A stretch of 64,000 nt of DNA from NCBI RefSeq assembly GCF_021869535.1, contig NW_026262690.1, forward strand, positions 95,728,001 to 95,792,000, given 5' to 3'. Made by a program: the position numbers and the translations under genes. Position 1 is the first letter of the stretch. Each line of letters begins with the position of its first letter. Below, in pieces: positions 59,895 through 64,000 of this stretch. Under the pieces are notes generated by a model. It was not told the origin of the DNA, searched no databases, and was given only the letters and a program-made list of their open reading frames with translations. Source of the DNA: Mytilus californianus. Taxonomy: Eukaryota.

Positions 59895-60352
59895 AAAAAT
59901 AAGGAGATGTGGTATGCAAAATCCTAACTCTATAGTCTGTTATAAAAGGCATTAGACATAACAAAATGTGAAACAATCCAAACGACAAAAATAAGGTCCT
60001 AATTTGTAACTAAACAATCTATGAAAACTAAATATGACAGACTAAAACACAAAACAATCACAGAATAACAGGCTCCTGACTTGGGACAGGCAAGTAAGGA
60101 ATATGGCAGAGTTAAATATTTCTGTAAGCGCTCAATCATCCCCTAACCTGGGACAGTGGTGTCAATAGATCAATACGAAGCACAAAAAACAACTAACATC
60201 ATAAAACTAGACACAAAGCACAGATATATGGGTATTCACAATTACTGAAAACTAGTTCAAAGCCAATTAAAACTAATAAATAAATCAAGTTCTCCCAGAC
60301 TAAAGTATCAATCACTACACATCTAACAGTTTAAGTGTAACTAGGTCATATG
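59895..60352 (-). mobile_element. Family B 3' fragment with decayed twister (T3, 60069-60150) and SECIS-like hairpin (60298-60352)
   Basis: Colinear with 52022-52646; P2 is CUCU/AGGG (compensated); GAGGG is mutated to GAUGA. Confidence 0.7.
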
Positions 60353-63300
60353 TCCGGCAGTGGCAGGTCACATCATTGGATATAATTTTCACTCTTTGAG
60401 ATGATTCCGGTTTTGCGTTTTGAGAGGACAAAAATATTTGAAGAATCTCATCCATGAAATCTTATGTAATCACTACTGTAAAAACATAATTACTGAACAT
60501 ATTAGAAGGGCAATTGGGTAAAATATTTAAGCAATTGGTAATGTAAAAATCCTTTTAAATATGCACAGCAACTGTTTGCATTTGTTCTTAGGAATGTTCA
60601 ACAACTGACAACAATTTGAAACTCTCTGCATGTTGTGGTAGGATGTTAAAATCAAAATTAAAATGCAAATTTGTTTTTGTATGATTAAAAACATCCCTTT
60701 AATTTCAATCCTGAATTTTGTATGTTTGCTGATCATTGAATGTAATATTTAGTACATTGTATATAGATTTCTGTTGTCTGAATAAATCTTCATCAGGCAT
60801 GAACTACCTAAAATTTTAATTTGAACAAGACCAAGTGACATTCAGAAACTAGTTTCAATATCAAAAATCCTTTTATTGGTAATCAAAATTAAACAAAATC
60901 ATTTTCTTAATATCTATTTATAGTCATTCCAGCCAGACTGATAGGAAAGTATGGTTATCTGGCACATTTACGAAGGTGATCATCAAAAAGACTTATTTTA
61001 CTCAAGTTTGGGTGCTCATTGATAAAAATAGTCAAGCCAGCATCATGACCATCTGATCTACAATATTGTAACTAGATGTTTCTGATTTTTTTTCTGTAAA
61101 TCATTTTTATTTCCAGTTGAGGGTTTTTGATAACTTGATGTACATCCACAAAATCTTTCAAAAATAATAATTAACAGACTATGGGTCATAAAACATATAT
61201 TAGGTCCAGTTTTGGGAATGTTTTCTTTTGTCATTCATGCATAATGCCACTTAAAAGCAAATAAACATCTAGCATGCTTGCTGAGAAAAATACAATTAAA
61301 GCGAGTGGGTTGAGACATCTATATCCTTATTACACATCTTTTTTTCCACTTTATTTTGACTTACAAACAACTTCAATGGTTACAAAATTTATTGTTACAA
61401 AATTAACAAAAGAAAACTTTCATAACACAATAAATGTAAATATATAAATTATATAAAATAAATGCTGTATAAATAGTACAAAATAACAAAATCATACCAC
61501 AGACACACACAAATCAGATCAGGTGGTTTGGTTTCTATTGCCTTCATAACACATTGCACAATCACCAAACAGAAACAAATCGAAAAATCCTGCAACTTTA
61601 ACTACTGAGCACGATTTAAAAAAAAAGTAAGAATGCCAAATTTTTTAAACACTTCTTGTCATAATTTTAATTACTTTCTTTGTGGTATCTGTTACAATAT
61701 AATATCCCATTAAATTACAAGTTTAAAACGTTACATTTTTTTTATAATGTGGTTATATTCAAGCTGAATTGGAACTGATCCAATGACGCTGTTGCTGGAT
61801 TTTCCAAATTGCTTCTATTTATTCCTAAAAATAATATATACAGATATCCATGTAAAACATGGAAAGACATCTAAGAGTGACTCACAGCATTTGAAAAATG
61901 TCCAGACACATCAGTAAATGACTAAAATGAGTGTTTCTTAAATATATCAAAACAAAACCAATCAGAAAGAAAGCTGTTCCATTCAATAATTGTATTTTGA
62001 CTTTAAAGTGCACACAGTACATACAGTGTTTCTTCTTTACATCTAAAGATTAGCTGAAAATACCAATATTAGTGCAAAACATTGACAGTGAAACTGTTTA
62101 ATTATGCAATAAACTGAATGTTCACTACAGTTCATATTTACACACGGTAAATTGTAATCAGAAAAGTGGGAAAATATTTTTTATAATATAAAATAAATAA
62201 ATTGTGATTCATTATCATAAAAGAAAGATACAGCAGTTTCATTTCACAAAGAACACTTCCAATTCTATAGTACTAGTAAACTATTGTTATCCTATAATAT
62301 GCATACACATTTTTAACAGATTCTTACAATAAATCAAATCATGTGACTGGCAGTTAGACAGTATTATGTAAATAGAAAAAGTTTTGTATTGTGTAAATGA
62401 TGTTATTACTGTATAGTATTATCTGTAAATGGGAATATGCCAGGAAAAATCCTGTTAAGACTAAATAATATTATAGGGTACAAATCAAAATTGTTTTGTG
62501 CTGTTAGTTCTGTAAAGATACAGATGCAGCTGTTTTAAGATAGGGTATTGAGTAAAGCAAATTTGGCAGTATTTGGCATTCTTAATAGAAAGACATTGCA
62601 GGATTTTTTTTAAGTGAAACATTAGATGATATTGCTGGATCTTAAAAAAAAATACTGGCTAAAAATTAAGTATAGAAATTGCAAATATTTTTTTATAATA
62701 TTGAAACATCACTGTATGTAATGATATCATCTTAAATTAAACTGATTCCAAATTTCAGGGCTTCCAAAAAATATTTGAGCCATCCAGACTTTTTTTGTCT
62801 TATCCCAATTTCAATCCCTTAAGACTTAGTAACATGAGGCAAGCATTTTAATCCTTTGGGCATCATATAAACAATGATTGACACAAAAACACTTTTAAAC
62901 TTGACTTTTGATATAAACTTGATGTTCTGGCGTAAACTGTTCAATTGACTGTGCATCATTCGAAGTGTGCAACATCAGCGTACTAATATTTCCAATCAAA
63001 AAACAAAACATATATAAGGGAAGAAAAATTGTGTTTTAAATAGCAAAATGTTTTTTGCTATCAAAGTGAATGAACTTTTATGACCTGATAAAAATCAAAG
63101 GTACAGAACAATTTTTTACTCTAGTTGGTTTTGAGAAAAACAGGAATTTTCATCCCAAAAAATATTCAGAGATCTTGGATCATACATTTTTTCGTACATA
63201 TTGCTAAAACTTATATCTACACTATAAATGAAAATATTCACTGGTCTTCAAGTTATGGCAAGATATAATATGAACACATTGACAAAATTTGAAAAAAATG

Positions 63301-64000
63301 TTAATTTAAAGCTGAAAATTTTGAACAAACAGGGAAATTTTTTTACACCTAAATTCAGATGTCGGATGTAAATTATATATATTGCACCTTTACAGAGAAC
63401 AAGCTATTGCATCAAATGAATAAGCTGAACATCTGAATTTGATATATCTACTCATCTTTTGATCTGAAACTTGTGACTTATGAATATCGGATTTCAATGT
63501 TTTGAAATTGAGGTAATTTTACTGGAATACAATCTAATTTTTTAAATATGTAAAATGTTATATATGAAGCAGTATTTGAAATGACATTGATAAGTTATAA
63601 TTGGCACATGATTTATGAATATAATATCAGCAGTTAAAAATTGCTATATTGTGTAATTCTCAGATAAGTATATTACTGAAATAAGGTACAGCCTTGTTTG
63701 ACCTATAAAGTATATAATATTGAAATTATAATAAAATATCCATCTTTAAATAGCAGCAGCACCATACAACAAAATATGTCAAAACATTTCTACAGCTTTT
63801 TCTTTTCTTTCAATGTTTTCTCTTTTTACTGTTTCAAAAGATTACATTAAAAAAATTATCTTTATATAAGATATGACATCATTTTTGTGCAAGCAAACCT
63901 CTGGTGTATTATGGTATTGATATCTAAAGTCAAGTCAACACAGTTGTTATTTCAAGCAAGATGTTAAAATTTTCTTACACATCAAAAACTTTTGGTCAAC

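Noticed and set aside
61742-61824. Minus-strand terminal exon INRSNLENPATASLDQFQFSLNITTL* with UTR-like sequence downstream
   Set aside because: No upstream exon found in the window and no recognisable homology; may belong to a gene beyond 64000 but is unsupported here.

Overview
AT-rich, intron-rich eukaryotic DNA, most likely a mytilid bivalve (Mytilus-like; inferred from the repeat families, not proven). Three protein-coding genes can be reconstructed with GT-AG introns and continuous frames: proteasome alpha-7/PSMA3 (+, 10 exons, 255 aa), an LRRC74-like LRR protein with a degenerate EF-hand pair (-, 13 exons, ~554 aa), and a divergent ATF3/JDP2/Fos-family bZIP factor (+, 3 exons, 289 aa). 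A 42-aa two-exon microprotein on the minus strand is a weak fourth candidate. The rest is dense with mobile DNA: two tRNA-derived SINEs, Kolobok-like and Harbinger-like MITEs, Helentron/HINE-type elements carrying satellite arrays, and Penelope-like element (PLE) fragments, often nested. The most notable observation is that the most abundant interspersed repeat is the 3' end of a PLE-like retroelement carrying a circularly permuted (P5-type) twister-ribozyme fold (four copies, with compensatory changes) and, just after the ORF stop, a SECIS-like hairpin. All RNA-structure calls are manual pattern matches and need covariance-model and in vitro testing.
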